64,000 nucleotides of DNA. It comes from Eledone cirrhosa. Its lineage: Eukaryota. The notes under the pieces were generated by a model. That model had not been told where the DNA came from. It saw only the letters and a list, made by a program, of their open reading frames with translations, and searched no databases. A program made the translations under genes and the position numbers. Shown one piece after another: positions 1 to 14,459 of this stretch. The DNA lies in the NCBI GenBank assembly GCA_964016885.1, contig OZ024742.1, forward strand, positions 106,082,001 to 106,146,000. The letters are read 5' to 3'. Position 1 is the stretch's first letter. Every line of letters begins with the position of its first letter.

Positions 1-142
1 TATGTACTTAAAGGTGTAGGAGAGGTATTTTAAGGCTTAAACTATGAAAACAACGGTTGCCTTTATGGTCTCTGTATATCGCGGATTTTCAATTATCGCG
101 GTTGGTTCTGGAACGTTTCCCTCCCGATAAACGGGTGATTAC

Positions 143-144
<2 letters not shown>
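1..144. mobile_element. End of a Tc1/mariner-pogo (Tigger-like) non-autonomous DNA transposon
   Basis: Reverse complement reads TA|CAGTAATCACCCGTTTATCGGGAGGGAAACGTTCCAGAACCAACCGCGATAATTGAAAATCCGCGA, a pogo/Tigger-style terminus abutting TA. The other end lies outside the window. Confidence 0.6.
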
Positions 145-214
<70 letters not shown>

Positions 215-411
215 GTGGGGATTATGAATCTATAAATGTATCTACAGGAAGGCAACACGAGTTGATATATCTGAAACATCCCGAGCAACACTCAATGATA
301 TACGAAATGAATTCATTGTTTAAGGGTGTCAATTAATAAATTATTCCGTTTTGAAGGGACTGTGAACAAAAGACGACAGCGTGTGAACCTCATACAAACG
401 ACAACAAAATA

Positions 412-483
<72 letters not shown>

Positions 484-967
484 GGATATGTATATCTATA
501 TCAATATATATATATTGATATATATATATATATACATATATATATCCTTTCCAATTCATTCTTTCTATATTTATGCATTCCTTCTTTTCCTGAATTCTCA
601 TTCATATATTTTTTTTCCCCTTTTATCTTTTGTTTTATCTTTCTTCTTTCTCTCTTTTGTTCTCTGTTTCTGTTTCACTATATGTTTTCCTTCCTTTATG
701 CTATCCTATTGTCCTTCTTTCCTTGCCCTTGCACTTACTCACTTTCTCCTTCCCCCTCTCCCCCCTCTCTCTTGTGATATCTTTCTTAACTTCCTCTGTG
801 TACATCTCGTTCTATATTTACTTCTTTTACTCTTTCCTTTGTTATTTACGCTTCCCTTCCCCATTATTTTATTTTATATATTATAATATAACTATATAAT
901 ATAACTATTGTCGTGTTGCCATAAATCCTAAAATGTCATCAATTTCTGGCTTTCAATAAGCACTTAA

Positions 968-1110
968 TTAGCAAAGTAGTGTCAGGTAGAATGCTTTGCG
1001 GTATTCGTTCCGGCTCTCTGAACTCTCAGCTCAAAACTGGCTGCGATCAACCTTGCTTATCATCCTTTCGGGGTGGATAAAATACGTACCAGTTCAATAC
1101 TGGTGCCGAT
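968..1110 (+). mobile_element. Degenerate tRNA-derived SINE (family A)
   Basis: Contains the family core CTT..TATCATCCTTTCGGGGTGGATAAAATA.GTACCAGT shared with about 20 copies in the window. Confidence 0.6.
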
Positions 1111-1681
1111 TCTTCCTCTCATTTACTCGATTCTTCTCTCTCCTTCTCCTGAAGAAATCGGCTGTGTTAAAAACTGGTGCGGAATAGGTTCTATCAGGTT
1201 TTAAATGCCTAAGCAACACCGTATATCACCATGGCACATTTATGTCTTTATCAAGAGTTGCGGATCCATAGATACATATCTTTGAATATTCTTACTACGT
1301 TTTTATTTCTGACATCCTTTATCCAACTATTTACCTTGTATTTTCATCGACCAATCCATACATTCATTTTCCCATCCATCCGGCCATCCATCAATCACAC
1401 GCTCTTCGATCATGGCTGACACTGGATTTGGACAGTGTTTTGTGGCAACCCAGCAGTCACCTGTGCATGCCAAACACCCCGCTCCACGCTCCCATGCATA
1501 TATACATGCATACATGCATACATAAATACATACATACGTGTATAAATTTAAGCATATTGCATAGAAATTAACGTAAGAAAAGTGTAGATACACGTGCTTG
1601 CTTGCTCGCTCTTATAGGAACTTGTCTTTGCATGCATGTGAATACGTAAGAATGTACACATACTGCGTTGATATGTGTGTG

Positions 1682-1732
<51 letters not shown>

Positions 1733-2544
1733 ATCTCTCTCTCTCTCACTCTCTCCCCCCTCTCTCTCTTTCATTGATATTTCCCTACCCCATAAGTCAT
1801 CAATATCATACACCTCAGTTCAGCGTCAAAAACAACAAAACAAAAACTGCTCTCAGAAGAGCAATAAAGATTACTTTTTATAACTTACCTCTCAACTTCT
1901 CACATAATCTGCATTCTTGGCTTCTTTATTTTTCTCTTCTTTTATATCTTTGATTCTCTGCATCTCTAAACCCACCCTGTACCACCTTGTCTTCTTTGGG
2001 ATTTTGCTTATATTTTTCTTTCGTCTTGATTTAACTATCGTTTCTCCTTCTTCCACGTCCCTCTGCTCCTTCTCCGAGTTTCACATATTTTATTTCTACA
2101 CCTCCACCCAAATCTCTTTGATCAATTCACGCTATGGGTTTCAAACTAAAGTACAAAACCTATCCTTTACTTCACTATCAGTTTGTCCAAATTCACACAC
2201 CTCAGCCATAAAATTTGAGAGAACCACCTTTCATGTGTGTGTATCCCTGCTTGCTTGCTTGTTTGCTTATGTGTGTGTATGTGTGTGTATGTGTGTGTAT
2301 GTGTGTTAAAGGTAGTCGATTCGGCAGAGTCGTTAAAGCATTGAGTATTTGTTCTGGGCCTCTGCGTTCTGAGTTCGGGATCGATAAATAAGTACAAGAT
2401 CGATACTGGTACATCCATCTTTCTTTCTAGCTATCACATTCTGGACGTTCCACCGTGTCATGGGTAAGAGGGCTGGACGGGTGCCTGTGTCAGTTTGTAA
2501 CTAAATGGGCATCTAAATTTTTCAGCGAATTCGAATGACGGCTA

Positions 2545-2583
<39 letters not shown>

Positions 2584-2996
2584 TGTGTGTGTGTGTGTGA
2601 TGTTACATTTATTTTTAGTCGGTGAACGTTAATGTAATTTTTCATCGCAACCCGAGATTAACTAAGGATAAACTGCAATGGCATATCTTTTTTATACGTT
2701 TTAAAATATCAAATATCTCTCTGTGTAGGAAAATGAAAATAAGAAAATATCTCTCTCACCCTCTCGCTCTCTCTGTCTCACACATATACATACATACATA
2801 CACATACACACACGCACATGTACATATATACATGTACACACATATATATATATATATATATATGTATATACATATACATATATACATATATAGACACATA
2901 TAGACATATACATATGTGTAGATATATATACAAATACGCACACAAACATATATATACATATGCATTCAGTCATTCATACATATATGTGTGATATAT

Positions 2997-3033
<37 letters not shown>

Positions 3034-3634
3034 TTGTGTGTGCGTGAATGCAAAACCGCATTCAGTGAAATCTATTACAATAGAAAAACAGTTTAATCAC
3101 ACCATCTTTACATCAATTGATTCAACTTTGTCCCACAAACCCATCAAAACATCAAACACTTAAGAGGAATGTATAGTTCCGAAATACCTTCAATTTGTCT
3201 TACACCTGGAAATGTTATTCAAAATTAACAACCAACGACGTTAATATGTACCTGATAAGTGATAGGTTATATAAAACCCTTGGTTATGTATTTCTTTGTG
3301 CTTGTTTAGATGACATGCATACCTCTCAACGAGAATCGAATTAGGTTCGTATATCGATTATAGATATCTATTATGTTTTAAAATTTACATAGCAATACGT
3401 ATATTTGGAATGTTTCCCAATGTGTAAATTTTATATAGAAATTTACACAGTCCCAGTTCCATTATACTGTATATATATACAAATATGATTCGTTTGTTTA
3501 CCAGGGAGCAGAAAGGACATATGGTCGGTAATATATAGGATGCCTTATTTGTTAACACATGTTGTGAACTAGGTAGGATATTGGAATCCCCTAGACAGCT
3601 TATTTGGAGTTAGTGAAGTATTGACACTGAAAAT

Positions 3635-3830
3635 AATTTCTAATTTAGGCACAAGGTCATCAAACTGAGGGAGGACAAAGATGATTAAAATCACCCCAAG
3701 TACCTACTTTATCGAGCCTAGAAGAATGAAAGAAAAAGTTGACCTTGGCGGGATTTGAACTCAGAATATAAAGGGCCGGAACAAAATATTGCTAAGCATT
3801 TACTTGGCGTTCTAACGAATCAGCCAATAC
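3635..3830 (-). mobile_element. SINE family A copy
   Basis: Reverse-complement core (TTTATCGAGCC..GAAGAATGAAAG..AAAGTTGACCTTGGCGGGATTTGAACTCAGAA) including a B-box-like GAGTTCAAATCC. Confidence 0.7.
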
Positions 3831-4493
3831 ACGAACCTTTCCAGATTAATTAAAAAGCATGGCTTCGTAAATTAAAAAAAACAAACAAACAACACAAACA
3901 TAATGAAACTGGTCTACCTTGAGGGTTTTCTAGTCGTGTATTTAAGGCTACGTACAATATGTCAAGTGTAATTGAGGGGATTTCGATATATGTAAGTTTA
4001 GCGTGCTCAAATTAAAGCCATGGTTTTCTCAGTTCTTAATGGTGACATCTAAGTCATACTTTTTTATAGTTTTAGGTTTCCATTCTTTTAGGTTTCTCGT
4101 GAGTTTTGTTATAAACCTATACACGCACACATATATACATATGCATGTGTACACCCACCCCCCCACACACACGCACACGCACACACACACACACACCCAC
4201 ACACCCACACACACACACATACACACACATATATATACACAACATACATTACATAAATTAAAAGAAAACTGCCTGAGAGTGTGGCGATTTTCGCAGTTGC
4301 AACACACAGATCGGTATATAAATTACTTGACATGTTAACGCGATCGTAAACGCGCATGCGTATGCAATAATACACTCATACAGAGATGACTATACAAGTA
4401 GTATGGTTTTGAATATACATCTAATATATTAACTGCTTCTGTCCGCTTGATGATCTGTATTTCATTCTTTACATCCACCCAAAACACATACAT

Positions 4494-4589
<96 letters not shown>

Positions 4590-4591
<2 letters not shown>

Positions 4592-4980
4592 ATAAAATGA
4601 AATTTCATTTCTCACTCTTAGTACGGCTGATACTTAAATATAAGTATGTATACGTACATACATATATGTATACAGACGTACAGTAGTATGTATATACATA
4701 CATACATGCACACATATATATATATATATGTACGTATGGGTTTACCGAATATTTATTATAATGCTCGGTTTATCTGTAAACAAACAGCCCGAATTATTAG
4801 CCGTACAGTGTTCGGCAACCATCGTTGCCATTTTGTTCAACACTGACAAAGGAACGATGAACTAGTTTCTAGCTTATTAGCTGTCATCAGCACCGTATAC
4901 TTTCCTGTCAGTCGATTGAACGTTTGAAAGTATATACTTTCCTTATGCATATTAACGGCTGAGCAGCCTAATTTGCATAT
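4590..4980 (-). mobile_element. Penelope-like element terminal fragment (family P1) in a (TA)n tract
   Basis: Homologous to 22862-23280 and 35357-35443, carries a hammerhead motif, and is flanked by (TA)n. Confidence 0.65.
4855..4895 (-). ncRNA. Type I hammerhead ribozyme motif
   Basis: Minus strand: CGGTG-CTGATGA-C-AGCT(AATA)AGCT-A-GAAAC-TA-GTT-CATCG. Stem I, the core, stem II and a palindromic stem III (AACTAGTT) are all present. Confidence 0.8.
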
Positions 4981-5206
4981 ATATATATTTTTTTTTCAAT
5001 CATATTTTTTTATTTGTTTGACCCGAATTACTTGGTCGTTTCTATGGCTGTGCGGATAATGGTTTAACCATCGTCTCAGTGTGTTTGGCCTTTTAACGTA
5101 TGTTGTAGCTCAGGTTCGTTAGAATTATTGAGCGTTTGCCACACATCTCGGAAGTTGTTTTTCGCTAATTTCCAAAGCCGAAATACGATTCTCGCTAATT
5201 TATATT

Positions 5207-5274
<68 letters not shown>

Positions 5275-5320
5275 TATGTATATAGATAGATATATATTAT
5301 ACATATGTATATATATATTA

Positions 5321-5587
5321 TCTATATATATAAAACTGAGGATGTCTGTCTGTATGTGTGTGAGTGTTCGAATCCCTAAAACTCGAGAACCCCCAACCGA
5401 CTGTTTTCAAACTTTAAACATGTAAAACATTTCAAATTTTAAATGCCCCAGGGACCGCATTAGGCGATTTAGCGATCTCGCTCTATAATTCTTAGTCTTT
5501 CTCTTTTTAGATAGATACATACATATAACGTCGCACCCTTATAATATCTGTCTGTATGTCTGTCTGCATTACGTCACTTTCCTGAGG

Positions 5588-5672
<85 letters not shown>

Positions 5673-6087
5673 CGTGTGTCTGTAAGTTTGAATCCCTAAA
5701 ACCCGAGAAGTACCCAACCGATTTTTTTCAGACTTTACATGTGTATTACTTATGTTTCCTAGGGCCCGCATTAGGTGAAAAACTGCGTTTTTCAGCTTCT
5801 TAGGGATTTTTGGAGGCGCTACGTCTAGCCGATTCTCCTGAAATTTCAAACCATATTATGCACATGAAAAAAAATTCATTTTCTTGATCCCCCAGGGCCC
5901 GCATTAGATGAAAACCTGCCTTTTTCCTGCTTCATCGAGGAAAATCTTAAAGATTATCCAACCATCAGACTATTCGGTTTATTTTCTTTACATATTGTCC
6001 AGGCATGCAGTTTTTCCACGATTAGGTCTGTTGGCGGCCGGCGTTCCCAATTACATTATCCTGTGCAACGCCGGGTACTACAGCTAG
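5321..6087 (+). mobile_element. Non-autonomous Helitron
   Basis: 5' A|TCTATATATATAAAA and 3' GC-rich GTGCAACGCCGGGTAC followed by ..CAGCTAG|T. It is inserted at A|T with no TSD and contains internal repeats (CTGAGGATGT..GAATCCCTAAAA twice, AGGG(A/C)CCGCATTAG three times). Confidence 0.8.
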
Positions 6088-6237
6088 TATATTATATATA
6101 TATATACATACATATATATATATATTTATATATATTATAAGAGATGTCAACATGAATGGACCTGTTATTTTTATCTAAAGACATTTTTTCCAATTCCATC
6201 CTGCCCGTCCCCTCAATCTATTTTATTTCTTATTCTT

Positions 6238-6273
6238 TCTTCTGATGAAGGACTAGCGTCCGAAACGTTAAGA
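6238..6273 (+). ncRNA. Type I hammerhead ribozyme motif (PLE family P2, element ~6135-6360)
   Basis: TCTT-CTGATGA-A-GGAC(TAGC)GTCC-GAAAC-GTT-AAGA, with palindromic stem III AACGTT. Confidence 0.8.
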
Positions 6274-6581
6274 CCCGCTTCCTGCTATATCAAGCGTTAA
6301 CCTAATATATCCCTTCCATATTCTGTACCGATTGTGGTGTTATTTCTGTTTACCTTTTACATATATATATATATATATATGATAGATAGGATAGAAATAT
6401 AGCGGGGAAAAGAAAGTAGAACCGTCATCAGGTTTCACAACGCCACCTGGTGAATGGGTGCCATTTTGTTGCTGTATTCAGTTCCGTACAGGCCCCAAGT
6501 TTGAGGATATATTCTGAAGCCCTAGAAGTCTCGAAGGACTTTAAATGTGTCATAAGCACTGCCTTTATAAACATATATAAC

Positions 6582-6619
<38 letters not shown>

Positions 6620-6925
6620 ACATACACCTATATATATATATGGCAAACAGCTTTTTGTGATAAACACAAGCTTACTACATTTTATACATGCGAGATATGA
6701 AGAGGAAATGTGAGAGAGCCGCCAACAGGAACAGAACCAGGCATCTATTTTATGCTAGACAACTGCATAGACTACTATACTAAGTCAACTTGAGAGCTTA
6801 TTAACATCGAAGTTAACGTAAGTAAATGTCTTGCTGACTAAACCGCAGGCTCTTTATCATACCTGAAGTCATATCACATGACAATTAGCAGTAGGGGAAA
6901 AACTAATATTAAATTTACAAAGAAA

Positions 6926-7054
<129 letters not shown>

Positions 7055-7278
7055 GCACGCACGCACACACACACATATATGAAAAAGGAAACGGCGGAAG
7101 TAGAATACAATGATGATATACATTAGTTTCATACTTGATATTGTAGGAATGGACGAGAATAAGGAAAGGAGGAAAACGAGGGGGAAAACGAGAAAACTTT
7201 TAATGTAGTGGTTTAGAAATGATTCAGATAACTCGTTTACTAACACACCAATTTTATATGATTCATCATGTTCTAAAA

Positions 7279-7558
7279 CAGAGGCGCTGGACCCTAAGGG
7301 GCTGTGGGGCGGTAGAGATGTTATAATAGTATATTAAATATCAAATGATACATATATATAAATATAGTAAAATAAAAAATATATAATATTTATTTATACA
7401 TAGAATTATATTTATTATATATAAATTAACTATTTTATTCATTATATATTATTTACAATTTGCGTAGAGGCAGGTCTCTCTGGAAATAGGGTTGGGGCCG
7501 CTGAGGGTACTATGTGACCGTGAGTGGGGCGGTGGCCCAAAAAGTTTGAGAACCTTTG
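7279..7558. mobile_element. hAT/Charlie-like MITE relic
   Basis: GC-rich ends around an AT-rich core. The right end AAAAAGTTTGAGAACC.TTG resembles the hAT-Charlie TIR (CAGTGGTTCTCAAAC); the left end is degenerate. Confidence 0.45.
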
Positions 7559-8137
7559 CTCACAAGTTTAACGTAAACATTCTTTTCTTCAAGATACATA
7601 CATAGATACAATCATAAATACATACATGTTTACATACATGCATATATATTTGTATATGTATGTATATACGTATATATATATATATATATCTATTATTAAT
7701 ATAGATTAAAGTTTAAGCAAAGAATTTCTGCTTTCACGCTATAACGCAATCTTCGGATTTTGGTCTTCGTCAATATTATTACTAAATATATATATTATCA
7801 GATAGATATGTCCTAACAGTCAAACTTAAACCCTTTAAACGGCTTAAACTTGACTATAAAAATATCTATATTCAACTTCTCTTATATTTAGGGTACTATG
7901 TTGTACAATGGTTTTACTAGTGTTAATTTGTAACAATCATAACCACACAGAAAATAACTCTAAAAATAGTCAATCACTATAAGTAATAGCGTAGAAAATC
8001 AGGTAAAATAAATACCTCTAGAGACGAAATAAGTTGTCAGTGCCTCAACAATTCGTTTTATATATATATAGTAATAATAATAAATTTGAAGATTAAATTC
8101 CAAAGAGGGCTCGGTAAGGATAAATATATATCAAATA

Positions 8138-8320
8138 ATTGTTTCTACTTTAGGCACAAGGCCAACAATTATCCAGTACATTACTGGTACTATATTTTAT
8201 CGACCCCGTAAGGATGAAAGGCAAAGTTAACCTCGGCGGGATTTGAACTCAGACTGTAAAGGGACGTAACTATGCTAGAAAGCATGGCGTCCGACCCTCT
8301 ACCGATACTGCCAATCCACC
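8138..8320 (-). mobile_element. SINE family A copy
   Basis: TTTTATCGACCCCGTAAGGATGAAAGGCAAAGTTAACCTCGGCGGGATTTGAACTCAG core. Confidence 0.8.
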
Positions 8321-8526
8321 GATCAAATAATGACGTATTATATTCGTTTTTTCCCGTTCTTTGCCAGGGAACGTTTCCACGAACCAAAGTATCGTCTTCC
8401 TGTCTTCCTCCGGTTGCAACGTTTTTTGAAATATTCACTTCTGTGTTCACAGATTGACTTTGTTAGTTTCAGAAGATCCCGTTAAGGGTGAAAGCAGCGA
8501 TTCTTTACTTAAACTTTAATCTGTTA

Positions 8527-8953
<427 letters not shown>

Positions 8954-8956
<3 letters not shown>

Positions 8957-9262
8957 GGAGGTGAGTTTTATTGTAGTACAATAAAGCAATGCAGATATCG
9001 GATAAGAAGCACTCTACAGTTTGTAGGACTGGAGTATACATAATATATAAGATCAAAAGATGGTTAAAAGAGTTCCATGTATTTTATTATGCGCATTTCA
9101 AAAACAAATATCATCATGCAATAACATTTGTGTTTTCATCAGATAAAATAGGAAGACATGATATTTTATCTGATGAAAACACAAATGTTATTGCATGATG
9201 ATATTTGTTTTTGAAATGCGCATAATAAAATACATGGAACTCTTTTAACCATCTTTTGATCT

Positions 9263-9271
<9 letters not shown>
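8954..9271 (-). repeat. Fold-back hairpin (110-bp arms, 11-nt loop) plus ~87-nt left extension, inside (TA)n
   Basis: 9041-9150 is the reverse complement of 9162-9271. Each arm carries a hammerhead reading outward from the centre. Confidence 0.9.
9162..9232 (+). ncRNA. Type I hammerhead ribozyme motif (mirror copy on - in the left arm)
   Basis: TATTTTAT-CTGATGA-long stem II (AAACACAAATGTTATT..GATGATATTTGTTTTT)-GAAAT-GCGC-ATA-ATAAAATA. Perfect 8-bp stem I and palindromic stem III ATGCGCAT. Confidence 0.8.
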
Positions 9272-9351
<80 letters not shown>

Positions 9352-9544
9352 AATGAAAGTACAGCATATTCGAAGTTCGAGCAGCAGCTAAGTCAACAAA
9401 TGCCTTCAGCAGTGCAGCCAAGCACTCGACTAGGTATAGGCCCTCAGAGTAATAACATACAGTTTAAAGGGCTTTGCAAATTGAAGATAGCGACCGCTAA
9501 TTCAGCTGCGTGATCTGTAGTAACGAAAGAACAGACTCGTGAGA

Positions 9545-9723
<179 letters not shown>

Positions 9724-9769
9724 ACACGCACACACACACACGCACACACGCACACACGCACACACGCAG

Positions 9770-9800
<31 letters not shown>

Positions 9801-10354
9801 CATATATATCTATATATATATATATAACAAACCTGGACCATCACTTCGAAATTATTGAATACCTAAGTGAGGTTTCTGTAAATCCGAAATCAACAAAATC
9901 CGCTTGTGGTGTATACAAGTTAGGTTTCTGGAAGATCGAACAGAGGACTTACGTTCTCAACAGGCTTTCGTTCTAACCCAAATCCGGGTGTGATAGCACA
10001 TGTTACTCCAAAGAGATGTAACCCAGGTTTATGGCGGTCAAATTCAAATTAAGGTCAGCACTAAGAGAGAAATAAAGAAAACTAAAGACAAAAATATGAA
10101 CTTTTCTCTAAATATATGTATGTAAAAACAATTTTTTCCCCATATTTTTATTGTTCTTATTAATATCAAATTTAATTGCATTATACACTTCCGTCGTGTG
10201 AAAAAGCGTATAAGCTGAAACCGGTACAAATAATGCGGAAATTTCTATTTTGTAAATAAATGTTTTGATGTTATTCTGAGAGAAAATCTCTTTAACATTT
10301 TCTACTGTTTTTTTCTTTTCTAATATTTTTTTTATATATATCAACTCGTGTGCC

Positions 10355-10443
<89 letters not shown>

Positions 10444-10972
10444 ATAAATGATATATATTTATATATGTATTTATACATGTTTATTTATATGGATGTATAA
10501 TACATTTGAATGTACTACAGAAAATATATATCTAATGCATGCCTGTGCGCTTGTGTATGTAGCGGGAAGCAGTATTTGTTCATCCCTTTATGCAATTTTA
10601 ATTAAGCAAGCGATTCTGCTTGTTATTTTTGAATATCTCGTAAACTATAGTTAATACAAGATGAAATTACATAAGCCGCATAAGTCCGTATACACACCCA
10701 CACACTCACTCATATACCCAAACACAAATACACACACACATGCATACACATACATACACAACATTCTTACCATTTGATCCTGCAATACAAGATGTTAGTA
10801 AATACAAAATTAAAAATAAAGAACTATTTTCTTCCCACCCTAGAAAAAGACATGGTTTATATTAAATCTCAATGTTATGAAGAATTTTCGTTTAAATATT
10901 AATAGTTCCTCTAAATATATTACGTTATACACACGAACACACACATACACACACATACACACACACACACAG

Positions 10973-11004
<32 letters not shown>

Positions 11005-11139
11005 GCACGCACACACATGCACACACACACAGTGAATTCTTCATACGATATTGTAGAAGATTTATGCAGCCTGTGTCTGTTGAGCATGAGGTAATAATTT
11101 TTTTGCATTGGCATAAGGCCACACATTTTTAACTTATAG

Positions 11140-12320
11140 GATAGCGGGCGGTTAGTTGATTAAGTCGACGCCACTGTTTACAGGTTCGGCGCTCTGCTAA
11201 TTCTACGATAGATAGCTTTATTAATAATTCTTTCTAACTTAGGCACAAATTTGGGGTGGGGAAGGGAAACTCATTTTATCGACTCCAGTACTTGATTATT
11301 ACTTTATTTTATTGACCACAGAAGGATTGAGGGCAAAGTTGATCTGGATGGGGTTTGTTATCAGAAAGTAAAGAACTGGAACAAAGACAGCAAATGTATT
11401 TTGTCTGATGCTCTATCAATTCTGCCAATCCACCATTTTTTAGTTTTAGAAATAATTGTTTCTACTTTTGGCACAAGGCTAGCAATTATCCCAGTTCATT
11501 ACTGGTACTTTATTTTATCGACTCCGTGAGGATGAAAGGTAAAGTTAACCTCGGTGGGATTTAGTTTTAGAAATAATATTAGTTATTTTTAACATTAGCA
11601 TTAGACTCGAAATGTTGAGGAAACATATCGATGTTACTTGACTGATATTTATTTCATCTCTCCAACCCCAGAAGATTTCGAACTCGGAAAGGGACGTAAC
11701 TAAATATCACAAATTATTTTGTCCAACAGTCAACAGATTTCACCATCTGTTGCCGTATTAATTATTTCTAGGAAGGGCAGAACATTTTAGGAAGGTATTA
11801 GTTGATTGAACCGACCTAAGTGCTTGACGGATACTTTATTTTATCGAACCCGGCAGGATGAAAAGCAAATTCGACCTCGGTGGGATTTAAGCTTAGAACC
11901 TAAAGAGCCATTTTGTCCGTCTCTAAGGATCCTTCCTAAAAGCACAATGGCACTAATAATGCTTTTTAATTTAGGCACAAGGCGAACAATAGTTTTTTTT
12001 TAGTAGTGGGGAGAGAATGTCGATTATACTGTCGCCAGTATTTGACTGGACCTTGGAAGAATGAAAGGCAAAGTTGATTTCGGTGGGATCTCAGAACGTA
12101 AAGGATTCTAAATGCCGTAAAGTATTTTGTCCGTTGCCCTGACAATTCTGTTGATCCACCACCCTTCAAGGACTACAGTGGATTTTGATCGTCCCCGTAC
12201 TTGACTGGACAATCATATCAATTCCGAAAGGACGAAAAGTAAAGTCAGGCCCGATCAAATTCAAATATCACTAAATAACTACATTATATTTTATCCGACA
12301 CTCTGCCGATTCTGCTAACT
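11140..12320 (-). mobile_element. Cluster of ~6 degenerate, co-oriented SINE family A copies
   Basis: Recurrent variants of ACTTTATTTTATCGAC..GGATGAAAGGCAAAGTT near 11300, 11510, 11640, 11835, 12050 and 12220. Confidence 0.7.
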
Positions 12321-12819
12321 ACATATGATTTCTGTGACATGTCATTTAGTAATCAGTTTTTTTGTCTCCCCTAATATATGGGTAAAACACGCAAAAGCCA
12401 GGGAAGAGGTGAGTACTAACTCCATTTTAAGGTTTATGAAAAAAACTATCTTTTTCTAATATCTGACCATCTTTCAGCTTATACCAAATCCATTATGTAG
12501 TGCAAATAAATCATTTATCCAGTTTGACTATAGACATTTTGTAATACATATCGCACATTCTAGAGTCATTAATACAAGGGCAGGTCTTTCATAACTGAGT
12601 GCTACAAGAAATGGTTTTTTTCATGGGATTTTTAGAAAGCTCCGTGTAGCTTTAGCTTTCACTGTTGTTTGCAAGAGACACCCTAGCTCGTAAACTAACT
12701 CTTTCGGTAGAAACATGGCGTAAAGACGGCTGATATTAGGGCCGTCAAAATTATACAGGAAAGAGTTTGTCATATTCGTGCAGGAAAGTTTTCTTTATTG
12801 TTATAGAAATATAATCGAC

Positions 12820-12930
12820 AACGTGAAGCTCCACACAGTTTCTGCCTGCCAAATTTCGTTCACAAGGCTTTAGTCAAGCCAAGGTTTTGGTTGAAAACCT
12901 TAACCAAGGGAATGTGGTTGCGAAGCAATC
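12820..12930 (-). mobile_element. Fragment of a second SINE family
   Basis: CAGTTTCTGCCTGCCAAATTTCGTTCACAAGGCTTTAGTC..ATGTGGTTG resembles an abundant octopus SINE (recalled, not searched). Confidence 0.45.
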
Positions 12931-14012
12931 CAGCTAGCGTCTTTTTTATTTTTTATTTTTTTTTTATTTTTTTATTAATGAAACAAATGAGTTAAGAAAC
13001 TGACTGGAGTAACTAAATAAGACAAAGAGTCTTACAAAGGAAGGATGTTTAACTGAGAGAGCTACACATGGAGGTGAAGGCGGTGGTAGAAGGTCATTCA
13101 CAGGATGGAAGTTGAATACATAAATTATATGCGGCATAATAAGACTATGAAATATGGTGTGTATGTGTGTGGTGTGGTGTGTGTGTGTGTGTGTGTACGT
13201 GTGCGCTCGCGCATGTTGCAGGAGTAATAATGAGATTTGGGTTGATATATAGCTGGCGGGGAATGAAAATGTTAATTACACACAGTATACACAAAAATAC
13301 GTACACACAAACTTACATAAAGAGAGATTATGTATTTGTGTGTTTAAATATATATATATATATATATATATATTATGTGTGTGTGTTTATGCGTATCTGT
13401 GTGTGTGTTTATGCGTATCTGTATGTGTGTGTATGTTTATGTGTATGTGTTTGTTTGTTTATGTGTGTGTCTCTCTCTCTTTCTGTGTATGAGTGGGTGT
13501 GTGTGTATGTGTGTGTGTGCATATGTATGTGTATATTTATGCGTATCTGTGTTTGTATGTGTGTCTATACGTGTGTATTTGTATGAATGAGTGCGACAGG
13601 GTATTATTTCTCCTTGCATTTATTTATATACGAATATATCCCTCTGCAATCGTTGGTGCAAACATTTTTATGTATCAAACATATATATTGCACAGATGCA
13701 CACATAAATACACACATACACACACGTTTGTGTATATGTGTATACATGTAATGGTATACATAAAGGCTATGTTTGAAGTGTTTCAAATATGTCAACAGCG
13801 GGCCAGGCTCGATAACACTCGGCGAGTCTTTATTACACTGAATATATTTAACTGAAGTAGACGTAAAGCATATTGGTAACTGCAGACGCCAAAGAAAGGG
13901 ATAGATCTACAAACACACGCACACACACACACACAAGCACATATGTTCATCTTAATACACCAAAATGTTCTTTATTTAGACCAAGATTTGAACTTCTCCT
14001 TGCTTTTGACCC

Positions 14013-14045
<33 letters not shown>

Positions 14046-14100
14046 GCTGTCTCCGTTCTCCTGTAGCTCTCTCTCATTTTCCTATATATATATTTATATA

Positions 14101-14349
14101 AGTGTTGAAGTTTCCGTTGAAAAAGTCAGAGGAATGAAGAGTGCTCTATGTAAGTTACAGAGCTAAATATTTAATCTATAATAAACAATACAATATAATT
14201 ACCTCATTACCAGAGGTTTCCCGAATAAGACGGATACAAGAAACGTCCGCATTCTGCCGAACGAATGCGGACGTTTCTTGTATCCGTCTTATTCGGGAAA
14301 CCTCTGGTAATGAGGTAATTATATTGTATTGTTTATTATAGATTAAATA
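14101..14349. repeat. Fold-back hairpin (87-bp arms, 8-nt loop) plus ~67-nt left extension; hammerhead core spans the loop
   Basis: 14168-14254 is the reverse complement of 14263-14349. On +: CTGCCGA-A-CGAAT..ATTCG-G-GAAAC-CTC(TGGTAAT)GAG-GTA, with one core substitution. Confidence 0.85.
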
Positions 14350-14459
14350 ATTATATATATATATAAACACACACACACATACACACACATATATATATAT
14401 TTCGTTTTTGAATTTGTTTTGCAAGATTTCTCATCTGAAAACATGTGTTTAAACAGATA

